A DNA stretch of 63,941 nucleotides, the filler included, from Octopus bimaculoides (taxonomy: Eukaryota): assembly GCF_001194135.2 (NCBI RefSeq). It is 6 parts of 6 records of this genome, joined end to end, with 100 filler letters (N's around TTAATTAATTAA, not from the genome) between each part and the next. Parts side by side here need not be neighbours in the genome. Positions count along the whole stretch, not along the records: positions 51,318 to 62,796 come from NC_068987.1; positions 62,897 to 63,941 come from NC_068985.1; 4 more parts are not named here. The stretch is one strand, 5' to 3'. The position numbers and the translations under genes were made by a program. The stretch's first letter is position 1; each line of letters opens with the position of its first letter. Of the stretch, positions 61,395-63,941 are shown piece after piece. The notes beneath the pieces were generated by a model. That model ran no database searches. It worked only from the letters and a program-made list of their open reading frames with translations, and was not told where the DNA came from.

Positions 61395-61672
61395 CCCTTT
61401 TAAAGCCTAGCTAGATTCATGGGCCCGGTTTCCCGGTTTCTATGGCGTATGTGTTCCTCCAAGCTGAACGGGACCCCAGACAATCGCAGCGTTACTCAGG
61501 AAACAGGAAGAAAGAGTGAGAGAAAGTTGGAGCGAAAGAGTACAAAAGGGGTCACCCCCCCCCACCCCCGACGCAGCCTCGTGGAGCTTTAGGTGTTTTC
61601 GCTCAATAAACACACACAGTGCCCGGTCTGGGAATTGAAACCGTGAGTCCGCTGCCCTAACCACTGGGCCAT
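61395..61672 (-). mobile_element. SINE family Y head with a different 3' tail
   Basis: tggcccagtggttagggcagcggactc..tttattgagcgaaaacacctaaagctcc shared with the 9932 copy; the sequences diverge after ctctcactctttc.tcctgtttc. Confidence 0.8.
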
Positions 61673-61889
61673 ATATCTAATATATATATTATATTATATT
61701 ATATTACATTATATTATATTATATTATATTATATTATATTATATTATATTATATTATATTGTATATATGTAATATAATAAATGCAAATACTAATTTCTGT
61801 TTGTCAGTGTGTCACATTTTGACACCCTCTCTCACTATTCAGTGACACTTCCTCGTGCGGAGCTGAGAGTAAAAGTAGGCATAGAGACG

Positions 61890-62200
61890 GTGAGGTGGAA
61901 TATTGCTAGAGCTGACAGTGCCATAGGAAGAAAACATCGCTAATGCAGAGCAATGGAAGGAGAAGAGATATATGAGAGATTAATCGAAGAGTGCAGAGAA
62001 CAGGGATGGACTGTCGAGTATCACTACCTGGCAGTAGGGGCTAGAGAATTCATTGAAAGGAAAATGACGACGTTATTTAAAAGAAAGTTTGCATTTTTGC
62101 GTTCAGAGCTGAGAAAAGTAATAAGGAGGCAGTCGAAAAAGCCAAACCAGCTTCTGTGTATGGCTGAAGCGAGAAGACCCAAAAAGGCTTGAAAACCATA
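61890..62200 (+). mobile_element. HERO-like RLE non-LTR retrotransposon 3' fragment
   Basis: GILLELTVP*EENIANAEQWKEKRY / ERLIEECREQGWTVEYHYLAVGAREF, matching the ELTVPWEE..K..KY..L..ECR..GW...VG.RGF pattern. Confidence 0.75.
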
Positions 62201-62765
62201 ACATACCGACTGGGAAATAGCGTCGCTAGGTGAGGCTGGCTGACACTTGAGGAGCATTGCTGATTGATAGGTGGGCCAAGGTAGCGACCTCGTTGATAGC
62301 GCGCCCTCCTACTTACTGGTCGGCTCGAGCTGCTGGAACTGAAACTAACACGACACTGTTGGAAGGCAGGTTTAGAGAGGGTACCATTCCCCTCCATTGG
62401 TCAGTTGAAGCTTAGACAGTGTCACATGACAGTTAGTTAGTGCTGGCTGCTGGAGCCCACCGGTGAGTATTTAAAAGTAAATTTGGCAGGACGGTCAGTC
62501 GCGCGCTGATATTCGTTGACGCTACATTGAAGAAACAGAAGAAAAAAAGGAAAAAGAAGAAACGCACTAAATACCAGAGCTGAAGACGCCTCCGAAGCGG
62601 GGTGGGCACTATCGTAAACGATGGAGGAGCAGGAGTCGAAAGCGGACGTGTTTCCTTCTGATGATGTCTTTGGACACTGGATCCTATAAAGGAGCTGTTG
62701 AGGTAGCGAAGTACGAAACGTGGTTGGAATTCCTCATAGAGACGTTGAGGTGGCAAAGACAGAGA

Positions 62766-62796
<31 letters not shown>

Positions 62797-63110
62797 NNNN
62801 NNNNNNNNNNNNNNNNNNNNNNNNNNNNNNNNNNNNNNNNTTAATTAATTAANNNNNNNNNNNNNNNNNNNNNNNNNNNNNNNNNNNNNNNNNNNNTGTT
62901 GGCTGCTCAAGAGTGGGCAGCAACAAAAAACCTATTTGTATATGCTCCACAAGGGAAAACAAGGAACATTGTTTACAATGAGGTGTTATAATCACAACAG
63001 CAAGAAAGTATGTACATGATCACCTTCTTTTACGAAACTTCATTGACTTTCATATATTTATATTGATATACATATATATACGTGTGTTTGGGTGCGTGTG
63101 TGTATATACA

Positions 63111-63201
63111 TCTCTATATATAAAGATGATGCGTAGTCTAGACGGCGTTTTTAGATTTCATTATTCTCTTTAACCCAGGCAACGCCAGGTATTTCTGCTA
63201 G
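63111..63201 (+). mobile_element. 91-bp Helitron-derived non-autonomous element
   Basis: A|TCTCTATATATAAA ... acccaggcaacgccaggt hairpin, 7 nt, CTAG|T; inserted between A and T with no target duplication. Confidence 0.75.
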
Positions 63202-63718
63202 TTTAATATAAAAATCCTAATTTTCAGACTTATGTCTAAAGTTTTGGCCACAACTCTAGAGGTGTACATTTGTGCGCGCGTGCGTGTGTGTTTGACTGTG
63301 TGTGCTTGTGTATGTGTGTGTTTGTGTGCATGTGTGTGTTTTTGTGAGTGCGCCTGTGTGTGTATTTGTGTGTTTGTGTGCGTATGCGTTTGTGTGTGTG
63401 TGTGTATTTGTGTGCGTCAGTGTGTGTATTTGTATGTCTGTGGGTGTCTGTGTGTGTGTGTATAAGCCTGTATGTCTTTTACTTGTTTCAATCATTAGAC
63501 TGCGGCCATGTTGGGGCATCGCCTTGAACAATTTTACTTGAGCGAATCAACCCCAGTACTTTTTCTTTTAAAGTTTGGTACTTGTTTTATCGGTCACAAT
63601 TACAGAACCGCTGAGTTGCTGGGACGTAAACACACAAGCACCGGTTGCCAAACAGTGGTTCAGAACTAACACAGACACACATACTTCCGCATACACACAC
63701 ACATACACACACACGCAC

Positions 63719-63794
<76 letters not shown>

Positions 63795-63799
63795 GGATG

Positions 63800-63834
<35 letters not shown>

Positions 63835-63941
63835 GGATGGATGGATAGATAGATAGGTTTCTTTATTAGCCACACAGGGCTCAACACAGAGGGGACAAAA
63901 TACAAATGTAGAGTTTTTTCTTTTCGAGGGGGGGCGAAAAC

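Overview
AT-rich, microsatellite-dense eukaryotic draft-assembly window. The repeat families suggest a coleoid cephalopod such as Octopus (inference). Five artificial 100-bp linkers (44 N + TTAATTAATTAA + 44 N) split it into six segments whose adjacency is not guaranteed. The only host genes are a minus-strand cluster of GH29 alpha-L-fucosidase (FUCA) sequences in the first 17 kb. One is a complete 8-exon gene (16664->8703; 1455-bp CDS, 484 aa; all introns GT-AG and phase-compatible; catalytic WSDG and KWEN motifs intact). The other two are intact, phase-2 first exons (5051->4681 and 1538->1111) with no exons 2-8 between them in gap-free sequence. This fits a locus with two alternative first exons spliced to one shared constant region, or else an orphan exon. 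The rest is decayed mobile DNA: RTE LINEs (one ending in three tandem C2H2 fingers), R4/Dong-like and HERO-like RLE LINEs, Penelope-like remnants with hammerhead-ribozyme-like motifs, mariner and DD37D (maT) transposons, piggyBac/Tc1-type MITEs, a 91-bp mini-Helitron, several tRNA-derived SINE families and many long hairpins. All alignments, counts and folds were done by eye.
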